Source: Anthoceros angustus
Taxonomy: Eukaryota > Plantae > Anthocerotophyta
Direction: 5' to 3'
Assembly: GCA_010909165.1 (NCBI GenBank)
Contig: MU008174.1
Coordinates: 62,001 to 126,000, forward strand
DNA length: 64,000 bases
Positions 23,662 through 36,134 of the stretch are shown here, piece by piece. The notes below the pieces were generated by a model. It was not told the origin of the DNA and did no database searches. It saw only the letters and a program-made list of their open reading frames with translations. Every line of letters begins with the position of its first letter. Within the stretch, counting starts at the first letter, position 1. The translations under genes and the position numbers were made by a program.

Positions 23662-25520
23662 ATGGAGCTCCTGCCTCCCAAGAATCGGGCCAACCACGTG
23701 GCGCTCTCACCGATCTCCTTCCTGGAGAGGACGGCGGTTGTGCATCCGGATCGGCTCGCTGTCGTCTATGGAAGTCGGAGATTTACCTGGCTCGAGACGG
23801 AGCGGAGGTGCCGGCTTTTGGCCTCGGCGCTGCTTGCGCACTCCGTGCAAAAGGGAGACACTGTGAGCATGTGTTATTGCGTTTTTTTTCTCCGGTAGGA
23901 GGGGATGGACGGATGTGTTTGATGCACGGGTTTCGATGATGGTGATGGCCAGGTTGCCGTGGTGGCGCCGAATGTGCCGGCGTCGTATGAGGCTCAGTTC
24001 GGGGTTCCCATGGCGGGGGCCGTGCTGAATGCGATCAACATCCGGCTGGATGCACGGACGATCGGGTTTTTTCTGGTGCATGCGGAGGTGAGGGTTGTGG
24101 TGGTGGATGTGGAGTTCTTTCCTTTGGTGGAGGAGGCGTTAGGGTTTGCCAAGGAGAAGGGGGAGTATCGGGCGCCGTTGCTGGTTGTGGTGGAGGATGA
24201 GGAGGGGCATGGGGATAACGATGGGAGGTTGGGGCGGGCGTTGGGAGCGGGAGCTGTGGAGTATGAGGAGTTTCTGAGGAGAGGGAATGCAGGGTTTCGG
24301 TGGCAAGGGGTGGAGGATGAGTGGGAGAGTATATCGTTGTGCTACACTTCTGGCACAACGTCCAGTCCCAAGGGAGTGGTGACGAGCCACAGAGGCGGGT
24401 ACTTGGCGTCCCTGAGCAACATTCTGGATTGGAGGGTGCATCATTATGCTGTTTACCTCTGGACTCTACCGCTATTCCACTGTAATGGGTGGTGCTACGC
24501 CTGGGTTGTTGCAGCAGTTGTAGGGACCAACGTCTGTTTGCGGCAGGTATGTGGGTGTTTTGGGTTTCTTTGTACGAGACATGGCTTGACGAGGTGGTTG
24601 AAGTTTTCTGTTTGCCTCAGGTCACAGCCAAGGGGATCTTCTCTGCCATAGCCGAGCATGGGGTGACACATTTTTGTGCAGCCCCTGTGGTGCTCAACAC
24701 CATCATCAACTCGGCTCCCCATGAGAGGCAGAGGATCAAGCCGGGGGTGGAGGTTATGACTGCAGGGGCAGCACCACCGGCTTCTGTTCTTGCCAAGATG
24801 GAGGAGGACGGATTCAGAGTTACCCACACTTACGGGCTCAGCGAGACCTACGGGCCCTGCACGGTGTGTGCCTGGAAGCCCGAGTGGGACTCGTTCTCTC
24901 TGCAGGACCGAGCTCGGCTTAAAGCCCGGCAGGGCGTGCGGTACACTCTCCAGGAGGGCCTGGACGTGGTGAATCCGGACACCATGGTCCCGGTGCCTGC
25001 GGATGGGAATGCCGTGGGCGAGATTGTGATAAGAGGAAACCTTGTGATGAAGGGGTACTTGAAGAACCCAGCGGCCAACGAGGAATCCTTCAGAGGTGGG
25101 TGGTACCATACTGGGGACTTGGCTGTCAAGCACCCGGATGGCTACGTTGAGATAAAGGATCGGTCCAAGGATATCATCATCTCTGGAGGAGAGAATATCA
25201 GCAGTCTGGAGGTGGAGAGTGCGCTCTACAGACACCCGGCGGTGCTAGAAGCCTCCGTTGTCGCCAGGCCCGACGATCAATGGGGGGAGTCTCCTTGCGC
25301 ATTTGTCACGCTCAAGGAAGGCTCTCAAGGTGGAGACAAACTGGCCAACGACATCATAGCATTCTCACGGACCCAGCTCCCGCGCTACACGGTCCCGCGA
25401 ACTGTCGTGTTCGGCCAACTCCCCAAGACTGCTACAGGAAAGATACAAAAGCACATTCTCCGAGACAGAGCAAAGGCTCTAGGTCCGGTGCTTAAACAGG
25501 CGTTGAATAGCAGGCTGTAG
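23662..25520 (+). CDS. AAE7: Peroxisomal acyl-activating enzyme, AAE7/ACN1-like acetate/butyrate-CoA ligase; exons 23662-23862, 23953-24546, 24621-25520
   Basis: ANHVALSPISFLER, the AMP-binding motif YTSGTTSSPKGV, THTYGLSETYGP, DRSKDIIISGGENISS, LPKTATGKIQK and a C-terminal PTS1 (SRL). Two GT-AG introns join in frame. Confidence 0.92.
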
Positions 25521-25721
25521 GACTGCGTTCCTCGGGGACGCTGTACTGTAATGTATATACAACGACTATTTAAACATGTTAGGGTTGACGTGGCCTTTGG
25601 ATGTGGGTATGGATCTTCGTTCTAGTATGCTCTAGGGCTGTCGCTCAGGACCAAGGGGTTCAGAACACACCTACAAAGCTGAACAGGGGTTAAAAAGTAT
25701 GAGAACATGGGTAAATATTAC

Positions 25722-25850
25722 TATACAAGCTACGATGCTGCTATGTATGACGAGGAAAGGATGCTGCAATGTATGACCAGGAAAGGAAAGAATGCTGCAA
25801 TGTATGACCAGGAAAGGAAAGAATGCTGCTATATGTGACAAGGAAAGGAA
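25722..25850. repeat. Short tandem repeat of ~26-31 bp
   Basis: ATGCTGC(A/T)ATGTATGAC(C/G)AGGAAAGGA-type unit, about four copies. Confidence 0.8.
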
Positions 25851-26105
25851 GTCATGTACGTCCAAAACAACTCAGTGTGCAGGGAGTCATGTATGCCATG
25901 GTAGCCGCTTACTTGATGTGGTGGCGGGGTTGGTGGTGATCTGCCCGAGTATGTGCAGTGTGCAGGGAGTCATGTACGTCCAAAACAACTCTGTGTGCAG
26001 GGAGTCATGTACATCCAAAACAACTCAGTGTGCAGGGAGTCCTGTACGTCCAAAACAACTCAGTGTGCAGGGAGTCCTGTGCGTCCAAAACAACTCAGTG
26101 TGCAG
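25849..26105. repeat. 35-bp minisatellite, four tandem copies plus one detached copy
   Basis: GTC(A/C)TGTACGTCCAAAACAACTCAGTGTGCAGGGA at 25851, 25969, 26004, 26039 and 26074. Confidence 0.92.
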
Positions 26106-27104
26106 AAACGCTACACACACGCTTGAAATCAGGACTTCATGGTCAGCATACACATGCGAAATAGCGACGATTAGATACAAAATACTGGGTTGCAATGCAA
26201 GGCAAGGGAAATGCCTAGGTGAGACAATCCTGTCACACAAAGACGTCCAAATGTTCAGAGATAGGGCCTCGATGTCGGCCTTCTGCTTAGTTGGGGCTTC
26301 ACAGCACTACTCATTTATACAACCATCATGCCAACAAGGGCCATCCTCACAGCTAGGATGAGGGCAAGCCCTCTACACAAATCACATTCGACCTCTATGG
26401 CTTCCTATCTTCACAGTTCGCTCCTAAAATGAGCATGTCTCGTAATCAAGGAGGTGGAGATGCCCATGTGTCGCTTTCACCCTTGCTTCCCATAGGCCGC
26501 TTTGGATTCCTCAAGTGTTTCAAGTTTATGCTATCTATGTTGTTGGTATGTGTATATGTACTTTCAATGCTGAAAAGTTGAAGTACTGGAAAAGAAGACT
26601 TTATCATAAAAAAGAGATGGAGAAAACCCATCCACCCCAAAAACAAAGGGGAAAAAACCCAACGAAGGGCACCATGCCAGGGGGACTAGCCCCCACGATC
26701 ACGCATTTCAAAACTACCAACCGCCCGAAGAACTTCGTGGTCAAGGATGTGAAAAGGCCTACTTACCACCGGTGTCGAAGAAACTGCATCTCCCACGCTC
26801 GCTATCGTTCTGCACGCTGCATTGGCCAACGCTCTTTGCAGGGCTCTACTGGTACTTTCAATGTTATAAAGTTGAAGTTGAAGTTAGATATGTGCTTCCA
26901 GATTTATAACATTGAGTTAGAGCTAGCTTATGTATGTGTATTTTCAGGTCTGTGAAGTTGAAGAAGTTAGAGCTAGTTTATGAACCATCTCTTTTTTGCT
27001 CAATGATTTTTCAGATCTACCACTGGGTAGGTAGATATGTAGACCTTTTTGCTAAAGTTTATGTCATTGGGTAAATATGCACAAAGGGAAGACTATGTGC
27101 CTCT

Positions 27105-27460
27105 GAATAGACCAATATACTAACAACGGTCATAACTAAGATAGTGTATTGTCTTGATTCATAGTGTATTGTCTTGATTCATCTTTTCGTTGTGCTCTAT
27201 TCAAGACAGTACGCTATCTTAGCTATGACCGTTGTTAGTATATTGAGATCATCGATGTTAGTTATAGTACGCTATCTTAGCTATGACCGTTGTTAGTATA
27301 TTGAGATCATCGATGTTAGTTATAGATCCTGAAACCGAACAATAAGAGTCATAGACCAAAGTCTTTCACAAACAAAGACCAAAGTCTTTCACAAACAAAG
27401 ACCAAAGTCTTTCACAAACAAAGACCAAAGTCTTTCACAAACATAGACCAAAGTCTTTGG
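27105..27460. repeat. Composite inverted and tandem repeat cluster
   Basis: CAATATACTAACAACGGTCATAACTAAGATAG (~27113-27144) is inverted against CTATCTTAGCTATGACCGTTGTTAGTATATTG, which occurs twice in a ~58-bp tandem. There is also a 20-bp duplication and about 4.5 copies of the 23-bp unit AGACCAAAGTCTTTCACAAACA(A/T) at 27353-27457. Confidence 0.88.
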
Positions 27461-29794
27461 TGAAAGACAATGGAACAAATGCAAAGTTATGGTCACCCAA
27501 GGGTTGCTCCTCTTTAGAGATATTGAGCTTAGCTTGTATGAAGTTGTTCTTGCCGCAAATGTATATTTGTCTAAGACTAAATTAACGGCCAAGTACTTGA
27601 TCCAATGTGCATACAGTGTAATCGCAATCATTAAAAAACATGCAATCAGATTATCTTGAACAACTAGCGCTCCTTCATGCAAGCTTAAAAAATTGCGTGA
27701 TGTGCTCGATGTTGCCCCTGTCGCATGTTGTATTATGAAATGCCCTGCATCTGCGCAAGGAATGGTCAATGTTACCCGGCTGCCTCGCACCACCATGTTT
27801 ACCAAAAAGGAAGGAGAGATGACAATGGTCTCATTGTTGTCCCCAAATTTGCAGATGGCAGTGGTCTTAGTGTTGTCCTCAAGCAGATGACAGGGGTCTC
27901 ATTGTTGTCCCCAAATTTGTCTTGAGCTAAGGAAGGCAATCTCGAAATGCTCCGACAAACCATAATTGCCGGTCTGCTGTACGCAAAAACATAATCGCAA
28001 GTCTGATGTAAGTAGAAACATTAGAGGGAAAGCATCATGTGCAGCACTACATCACACCCAATTCAGCCAATACGTTGGCAAGTTGAGGCCTAGTACGAAG
28101 CATAATTCACAAATTTAGTGAATGAAATAGATGAACTACCCTTTGAACCATGAGTCTGTCAGCCGGTCATGAGTTAGTTGAGGGAAAAGAAGATCACCTA
28201 TGCAAGCTTTCAGTTAGGAACTAGATGCAAGACTAGATTCGCATGGGTCAGGTAATACTCTTCATGTCTATCAGGCTAGCTTTCCATCCCCATTCGACAA
28301 ACAAAAATGATGGGCCTAACCACTCTTCATGCCTAGTAGACTAGCTTTCCATCCCGTTGGACAAACAAAACATAATGGGTCTTATACGACTCAACCGCTG
28401 GGTCCCAATTCTATGGTCATGAACAAGTTTAATATTCTTGAAAATTCACTTCTATGCTGAGAATCTAGACCTAACACTCCATCTGAAGGGGCCATATTCA
28501 ACACAACAATGATAGTTGATACACCTTGTTGGACGACCTAACAAGTGTGTCCTTCCATCTTCTCGGTATGACACTAAAAACGCTTACCGTATCCCACTTT
28601 TTGGGAAAGGCAGCAAAGGGTTGAGAGTAAAATCAGGGGACAACATGAAACGTAGATGCTAGTTTTCTCTTTTCATCAAGTCACTTGATTTGCTGGCCTT
28701 GAATTGTCCAAGGATTCATTGTTGGTTCCATGTCGACAAGGAGGACAATTTTTTTGTCATGGCACGTTGAATGTTGATGAGCTGTCAAATCTCAACTTGC
28801 CCCGAGACTGTACTACAACGCAAGTTAAGCCCACATCAGATTTTAGTGGACCATAATTCTAGCGTATCTTCAAAGAAGAAAGCCGATCCCGTTTTCCAAT
28901 TTGTTCGTGATAATTATGTCTTGATAAAAGACATCACAAATACCCAGGCTGAGCTCCAGGCTAGGACAGGGCAACTTGTGGAAGACCCTGAATGCGGAAC
29001 CGGTGGTTTGCAGAGCAACCTCCACTACCACAGGAGCATGACAACCATACGTTTGGAAACAATCAAAGGAGCAGGCCATGCAGGAAGTGCACGACGGTCT
29101 TGCGGAGATTCGAAGAATTGCTGAAAAGTGGCCGGGGCTGTATGATCAGATCATGGAAATACTGCACCAAGCTATGAGAAAAATAAAAGGACTTGATAGC
29201 AGCAAAGCAAGAGTTCCAGCAACCTTGCGTCTTGTCACGGAAGCCATGTGATGGAGATAACTCCTTATAGCATGAGCAATCAGTCTAGTATGGTAGCCAT
29301 GCGCACTTTATCTATTTTGATAGGAACTGCAACAGGAACTGAAACTGTCACTAAACTCACAGAGAAGCCCTAGGCTAAGCAATTCTGTGACACTTGCAAT
29401 GCCAATTTTGAGCATCATACTCACCTGCACAGGCGCACAGAAGGAATTGTGAGCGATGCGAAAAGGACATTGAGAAGCACTCATGCCTTGTGTGAAGAGC
29501 TGCCCACATGCAAAAGAGGCTTGCCAAAGTTCAGTCACTGCGAGCCAGATTCACCTGCTCGAGAGGTTCACACGCTCTACCAACACTCCCGACAAACAGT
29601 CAGTTGCTGAATTCAGCTGGAACAAATAGAGACCAGCTCAAAGCATTCCTCCCTTCTTTGGGTTCGCTCGTCTGGGTTTTGAGGTGTTGGTCGGCATTTT
29701 ATTGCCTGATCTGTCGACACGTGGAAATGTTCCTTCAATCACTCGTGAGCGTCGAATTTGGGGAGGAGCTTGTGGACGCCTGTTCAATCGAGCA

Positions 29795-31652
29795 TTATTG
29801 ACTAGGAGCATATGTTCGGGGTCTCTCCATGTGCACCGATCTTGATGACTGGGAGAAGATCATCCTAACGTGCTTGAACACATTCACGCCCAACAAAATT
29901 CTACATCCAACAGCCCTTATGGCCGGTACTTCGCCAACAGCGAACTGAGCACCTTTGATTGTGAAATCAGCCCCACCAGCAGCTCCTGTGCCCGTCTTCT
30001 CAGTGATTATATCGACATCTATTAAGGCCCCGGAGAAGGCCATAGTTCCCACTTGTCCAATGCCTCCACCGCCGAGAGTGGGTCGTGTGCCATTCTGATC
30101 CCATGGTTCACACGTTTTCAGTTAGACAGTGCTATGCTTCATGACTCCAGCAGCATGCAGGTGTCAGCTACTTACGAGAATATGTTCTGGTACACCAGCA
30201 AGTCTGGCGATGTCAGGGCTTGCGACGCACAAGGAGGAGCCAAGATCCAGCAGGGCCATTTCAGGGGGTGCTGTGCCAAGTCTAACCTGCTTGCAGACGA
30301 GGAGTGGCTTGTTAGAAACCGAGCTCAGCTGGAAGATTTAAGCACAAGTAGCAAGATGTCGCCCATGGATTGCTTACCTCGACCGACAGTATTCCCAACA
30401 CCACAACTGATGAGGATAGCTTCTCGAGACCTTGCAAGTCACACTCTCCTCTGCTCACAGCCCCAGCCGAGTGAAAGATGATCTGGTTCCTGGGGTTGTC
30501 GAACTCCACATCAACCTGTGACAGCATGTTGAGCCCCATGATGCCTGCTGCAGCAGGATCCCAGCCTTGCAACATACTTTCGTCCATCAGGAGCGCCTGA
30601 CATGCCCAGACACCATCCAGTGAAATGCCACCAAAGCACCATATCCACAAACCTTGCCAGGCAAAGGAACTGGTGCATGTGGCAACTCACATCCACGGAG
30701 CTCAGCACATGATCTCCGAGTCCCACTTTCCCAAGTGCCACACTGAGAAAGCTCTGAGTTGTGGCCCCTCCTCCGAACAGCCCGACAGTCCTATTGGCTG
30801 GAGTCGGTGTCAGCCCCAACTGACCATACACAATGGATGGCACTATCAGCGTGATGGTGCTGGCTGTGTCCAGAACGAAGTTGAACGGCCCTTGCCCGTT
30901 GATCTTGAGCGGCACAAGGATGTAGTCCTTAGGTGAAGCCTGTGTGCTCCTCAGCCGTGTCATGGGAAACCGAGCCAGCGGCCTAACCCCATTCCCATCC
31001 CTCCCCCCTCTCCTGCCCTTGCCTAGCCGAGCAGTTGCCAGCCGCACCACCAGCTCCTGCTTCTCAAAACAATCTGCAAATGAGACGCCTGCGAGACACA
31101 TCCAGATCTAAATACCAGCACACACACACAAAACCCACCAGCTGTGGACAAACACAAGGCATGCCATGGTCCTCACCAAGCACCATCAGCTCGTCCTTGA
31201 TTGCACTGGCCCGCATTTTCTCCACCTCCTCGATTGCATTCTGCAAATTGCATGGTTCCCCCCACAGCCAACGCGGAGAGGTGAAGTGCCACCAAGCTTC
31301 TGCACTCTAGGAGAAGCCATCACACATTCACACATTGCATCACACCCAGCCTCACCACCCCAACCCACAACCCCAACCCACCCGCCACCCACCACCCACC
31401 ACCCCACAACCCACAACCCACAACCCACAACCCACAACCCACAACCCACAAACCGACATAGCTGGAGACTTTGCGTGCCTTGAGGCTCAGGGAATCCCTG
31501 TCTTGGCCACTTGCTCGGAGCTGCAGCGTTCGTGGAGAAAGAGCCTTCCAACCCCACGGCCTGTCATCCACGCGACCCAAGAAGCCGTTCCGTCTCTGCA
31601 GCCTGTACAGCTGCTGCCCCCCAGGGGAGGCGAAGCAGACCAGGGCTCGCAT
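29795..31652 (-). CDS. Tandem two-domain retropepsin-like (clan AA) aspartic protease with probable plastid transit peptide; exons 31652-31458, 31240-31177, 31088-30691, 30596-30378, 30286-30176, 30094-29795
   Basis: All five GT-AG introns join in frame. Domain 1 reads ILVPLKINGQGPFNFVLDTASTITLI...GLFGGG...AGIMGLNML. Domain 2 reads MALLDLGSSLCV...LGGGGIG...ILLGVNVF. The N-terminal helical motif is IKDELMVLGVSFADCFEKQELVVRL. The start codon is tentative. Confidence 0.82.
31362..31452. repeat. (CCCACAA)n / (TTGTGGG)n heptamer tract in intron 1 of the protease gene
   Basis: About six to seven consecutive CCCACAA units at ~31403-31452, with degenerate copies to the left. Confidence 0.9.
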
Positions 31653-32057
31653 GTTGGGCGAGGCAAAGAGGGCACCCCAGATTCCTCTAGCACACAAACA
31701 TTCCTCTCTCCTGCTCCCCCGATTTACAAGTCTTATCCGCCCGACCGGCTGGCAAAGTTCGGATAGCGCCTACACGGACAGAAACACTTCAGTCGCTGCC
31801 ATCGCGTTGCCCTGCTAGAGCTGCTGCTGCTGCTCCTGCCTGCTGTCGATCAGGCGGGCCAGGATCCTGGAGCCAGGGCAGCGGCGGCCGGCGCGTGAAC
31901 GCGAGCCTGAGCGTGAGCCCGGCTGCTGGGTGGCTGGCTTTTTGTAGGGATGGCGGGAATGCTTCCTCGCAGTTCTCGCTAATGGTGATTGCGGCTCGTG
32001 GGATGGCGGCCGGCTGGTAGCTGGCTGGAGCGTGCGAGCGGGCGACGTGGGAGAGCC

Positions 32058-35000
32058 ATGGCGGGCGTTCCGTCTTTGCTGGTGCAGGGGGTGGCCTGCG
32101 GCGGGATGCAGCAGGGGCAGCAGGTGCTGCTGGGGCGGTCCGGGCCGGGGTCAGCGTTCTCAGGCCTGCAGCTCAGGCGGGGGAGGGCGGTGCTGGAATT
32201 TCCCGACCTCGGGTGCCGGGACGGGTGGAGGGTTTATGCTGCCCGTGGCGGGGAGCCAGGAATTCCAAGGCGGAATCGCAGGAGTGCGCGGAGTGGGCAG
32301 AACGGAGGTGAGGGGCATGCAGAGCAGTATTTCTTGTGGGTTGCTTTGCTTGTGCTGAATCTTCTTCCAGGGGGGCATGCATTCTGGAATGTGCAACACA
32401 TTGTGAGCGCTGCTGCATTTTCATTTCAGTCTGTTCGGCAGGAAAATGCAGGCAGTTCGAAAGTCGGAATGCTTAGAGTAGGCGTTGGCTCACTGGTTTT
32501 GGACATTTGGTTTGTTGCAAGTAGGCGTGGAGGGGAGGGATGTCATACTGGTGGCTGATAAGAGCTCTGGGCAAACATCGACCTCGGGGAAAGTGACTGA
32601 GAGCGTTGCCGCACCTGCGGTTGAGCCAAAGTTTGCAGACCAAGGAGGATACATGTAAGCTGGCTTCTCAAAAGCTTGGCATGTCTGTCGAGTGTGGCAT
32701 GTTGGCTCTAGTTTGCGTTTAACATTGTTCTGCTGTCGTTGTTGCAGAGGGTCTCCTTTGTTGTGGATTGGAGTCGGAGTCGGGCTTTCAGCGTTCTTCA
32801 GTTGGGTATGTATGAAGGGATTGAGTGACACTGTCTTGATGATGTTCGAGGTGTTAGAACAGCGTCTTGGTATGGTTATTTCCTCTGTTTCTTGTTAGAT
32901 TTGGACATGTGCTGAACAGTTATCCTGTTCGTTGGCTGTGCAGGCATCCGGCAGATTCAAGGCAAGCAATGTCCGATAGGTTTTTGGTGCTGCTTGTCGT
33001 ATGGAAGGGAGCCGTTCTGTGGAACCTGCTGAATTTTGCACGTGCTTGTTTTCTTGTCTTGGTATGGTTTTTCCTCTCGGTTGGTTCACACTCTCTGATT
33101 CATTGTTGCTGCTGCTGCATGAACAGAAGTATGCGATGCAGCAAGTTCTGAAGAGTATGGCTGGGCCCAAGGGCATGGTAGGCTTGTCTGGGATACCTGG
33201 GATGCCAGGCATGCCAGGCAAACCTGCCACGGGGCCAGCACCTTTCTCTTTCCCTCCCATTCCGACTGCTTCACCAGTTGTATCTGCCTCGAGCCAAACG
33301 GTTGATGTCCCGACGGTCATTAAGCCTCTGGACCCAGTACCACCAGAGACAACTGTGGGAGCAGGAAGTACGACGACAAGAGTTTCTTCTAAACCTTCTG
33401 GTAAGCTGGTCGTTAGCTATCAAGTGCGCTTTTACAGATGAGAGACATGCATGCCTTTTGCACTCACAGTTGCATGTATTCCAAGTCTGTACACCTGAAG
33501 TGACACTGGTCTGGTTCGCAGCATTTACCGATGTACCAGCTTCAACAATTGAGGAGGAGAAAGTCAAAGCAGCAGCGGCACCAGCATCAGCACCATCAGC
33601 AGCAGCCAAGGCTGTTGAAGAGGAGCAACAACCAAGGACAGCATTTTTCCAAGATACTGATGTAAGGCCCTGACTAGAGGGAGTTATCCTGTCTTTGATC
33701 TTCTGCTTTTGGTGACGACAGCTCTGGTCTCAACCGTTGTGGGTGGCCTTGTGACTCGTACTCCATCAGGTTGTCGATAATGGGGCTGGCTGGGAGAACA
33801 ATACCGGGAGGTCATCGCCGGCATCCGATGGTTAGAACCCTTGCTCTTATGTCTCTCATTTTCATGGAGAGCTTGGAAGATTCAGTGATGGTTGACTGCT
33901 CGTTCCCTCGGAGGCTCATGTAAGCCATTACCTGTTCATCTTGCAGGAAAGCCCGGATCAGTTTTCACTGTGCAGGCTTTGGAGCGCATGATGGAGGATC
34001 CCATGGTTCAAAAGATGGTCTATCCGTAAGTTCTCTGCAGCTTAACTGTCATTGTTCTGAAGTTATGGGATTTGCACGTCGCATGAGTGGACTGTTTTTG
34101 TTGCAAGGAGCATTCTACGGTGCATGCAGTAGGTATACCCCGGAATGTGCCAATAGTTCTGAATTCGCTTCTGGTGCACACAGGTACTTGCCGGAGGAGA
34201 TGAGGAACCCTAGTACCTTCAAGTGTAAGTTGTTTCTGGAGAGATGTTAAGGGTTCATCCAAACACGCTCTCTATCTTGTTAGTGTTGATGCACACTAAA
34301 TAACATTTGTTCCTTGCAGGGATGCTGCAGAACCCTCAATATCGCCAACAATTGCAGGACATGCTGTAAGTTGAAGTTCACGACTTTTTTGCCTGTGGTT
34401 GGAGTCATGGTTGAGAGAAGTGGGAACTGTTTGATACTAAGCTGCAAGCACAATCGCAGGAATAATTTGGGTGGTGATGGGACTTGGGACAATCGCATGT
34501 CGGACATGCTCAAGAACTTTGATCTGAACAGCACAGAGGTTAAGCAGCAATTCGGTGAGTGCAAGTCACAACTTGATTGGCTTGCGAACGGTTCACTCGC
34601 AGATAATCACAGCGACTTACAGCCCACTCCACTTTGCCTTAATGCAGAGCAAATAGGCCTCACTCCAGAGGAGGTGGTAGCGAAGATCATGGCCAACCCA
34701 GATGTTGCGCTTGCCTTCCAAAATCCGCGGGTTCAGGCTGCCATTATGGATGTAAGTTGGTTCTGTTCTCAGGAACGTCTGATATCTGCACGTCGTTCTG
34801 TGCCTGTACTAGCTTCACGTTGTCTCTAATATCTAATTCTCCATACATCTCCTGTCCAGTGCTCACAAAATCCACTGAACATCACCAAGTACCAGAACGA
34901 CAAGGAGGTAATACTCTGACTACACAGCATGTCTTTACTTCGTTGGATCTTTGGACAGTCATGAAAGGTGATAACAAAACCACTTGCACTGCAGGTGATG

Positions 35001-35063
35001 GATGTCTTCAACAAGATATCCGAACTCTTTCCAGGCATGACCGGTGCCCCCTACGAAGTTTGA
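32058..35063 (+). CDS. TIC40: Chloroplast inner-envelope translocon co-chaperone TIC40, multi-exon
   Basis: GSPLLWIGVGVGLSAFFSW, YAMQQ, ALERMMEDPMVQKMVYPYLPEEMRNPSTFKWMLQNPQYRQQLQDM, IGLTPEEVVAKIMANPDVALAFQNPRVQAAIMDCSQNPLNITKYQNDKEVMDVFNKISELFPG. Stop TGA at 35061-35063. Confidence 0.95.
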
Positions 35064-35855
35064 ATGCCATCTTATCTCATGGGAACATGGGAACGGCAGC
35101 TAAGCAGCATCGCGCTTTCAGGGGAACTTTGGCCTGTGGTCAGGGACACCCCCCATCCTAAGTCTGAGTCGGCCAGCACTTCGTTGCTACTATACTCTGG
35201 CAGCCAGTTTGTAGGCAGACGTTTTTAACCATTCCTTGTGCTGGGAGCGCGATGGACAATTTTCTTGGAGTCGAGGTTGAGTTTTGAGGAACCCATGTGG
35301 ATTGCGCCGCTGCACACATCCAGCAGCGAGAATAAGAGAGTCCAATGTTCGTATTGTGGGTTGCCGTTAAGCTATATGAAAACTGTAAGCCCTTGATGCA
35401 ACTTCATCACAGTGCAGCAGTGAAAGGTTTCACGAGAAACAAGACCCAACCCCCTCCTGACTTTGTTCGGTTGTGCACGAACCACACACACTGAAAAAAG
35501 AAAGTCCTATTGACCCGACGTCAACAAAGTGTAACTCACAACAGCAAGGGCTTCAGGAAGACCCGGCCACAAAATGTTTCAATCTACAATCTCTGCTGCA
35601 CCTAAAACCCGGCGCGATTGAATCGTCAGGGACAATTGCACTATCGACCGCACATACCTCTGGCCTTAATAAGGCGGAGCATCTTAGCCACCAATTCAGC
35701 AGCTGATGGAACCAGCCAGACCTTCACCTGATGCGGAGAGGAAGGCTGCTTCAGCATGAACATGCCACCTCCACCTCAGCTACATCCTCTCTACGTAAGC
35801 AACCCTGCATGCTCTTCCGAATAGCCTGCCCATAACTATGCATACCCCATGCCAA

Positions 35856-36134
35856 TCATTTCCCTGACGAGGAAGGAGGAGCCCCCAGCAAGCCGGCTTG
35901 TTGGCTCTCCAGCTCAACCATCTGCTGGTCCCTATCCATTTCGATGATCAAGGGCACAATGAGCACCAAAAACGAGGTTCCCGCAATCCAAGCAGCCTTG
36001 CCCGTGCTCCACAGCAGCTTCCTGCTAAATCGTGCAGTGTTGCTGGCGGCGCGCTTGGATTTGTGAAACACTGCCGAGTTTCTGACACTGCTTCCCACCC
36101 TCCTGATCACCGTGTCATTTCCCAGCGATGCCAT
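35856..36134 (-). CDS. TOM9: Mitochondrial import receptor TOM9 (plant TOM22)
   Basis: 92-aa ORF containing the plant TOM9 signature KLLWSTGKAAWIAGTSFLVLIVPLIIEMDRDQQ. Confidence 0.95.
   Translation of the reverse strand: MASLGNDTVIRRVGSSVRNSAVFHKSKRAASNTARFSRKLLWSTGKAAWIAGTSFLVLIVPLIIEMDRDQQMVELESQQAGLLGAPPSSSGK

Noticed and set aside
24495-25235. 246-aa antisense ORF
   Set aside because: It is a shadow frame of the GC-rich AAE7-like coding exon.
25849-26105. 35-bp repeats resembling a CRISPR array
   Set aside because: The copies are head-to-tail without unique spacers, no cas genes are present and the context is eukaryotic.
29795-31652. Retrotransposon-derived protease remnant
   Set aside because: It has five in-frame spliceosomal introns, two protease lobes and no adjacent gag, RT or LTR, so it was treated as a host gene.
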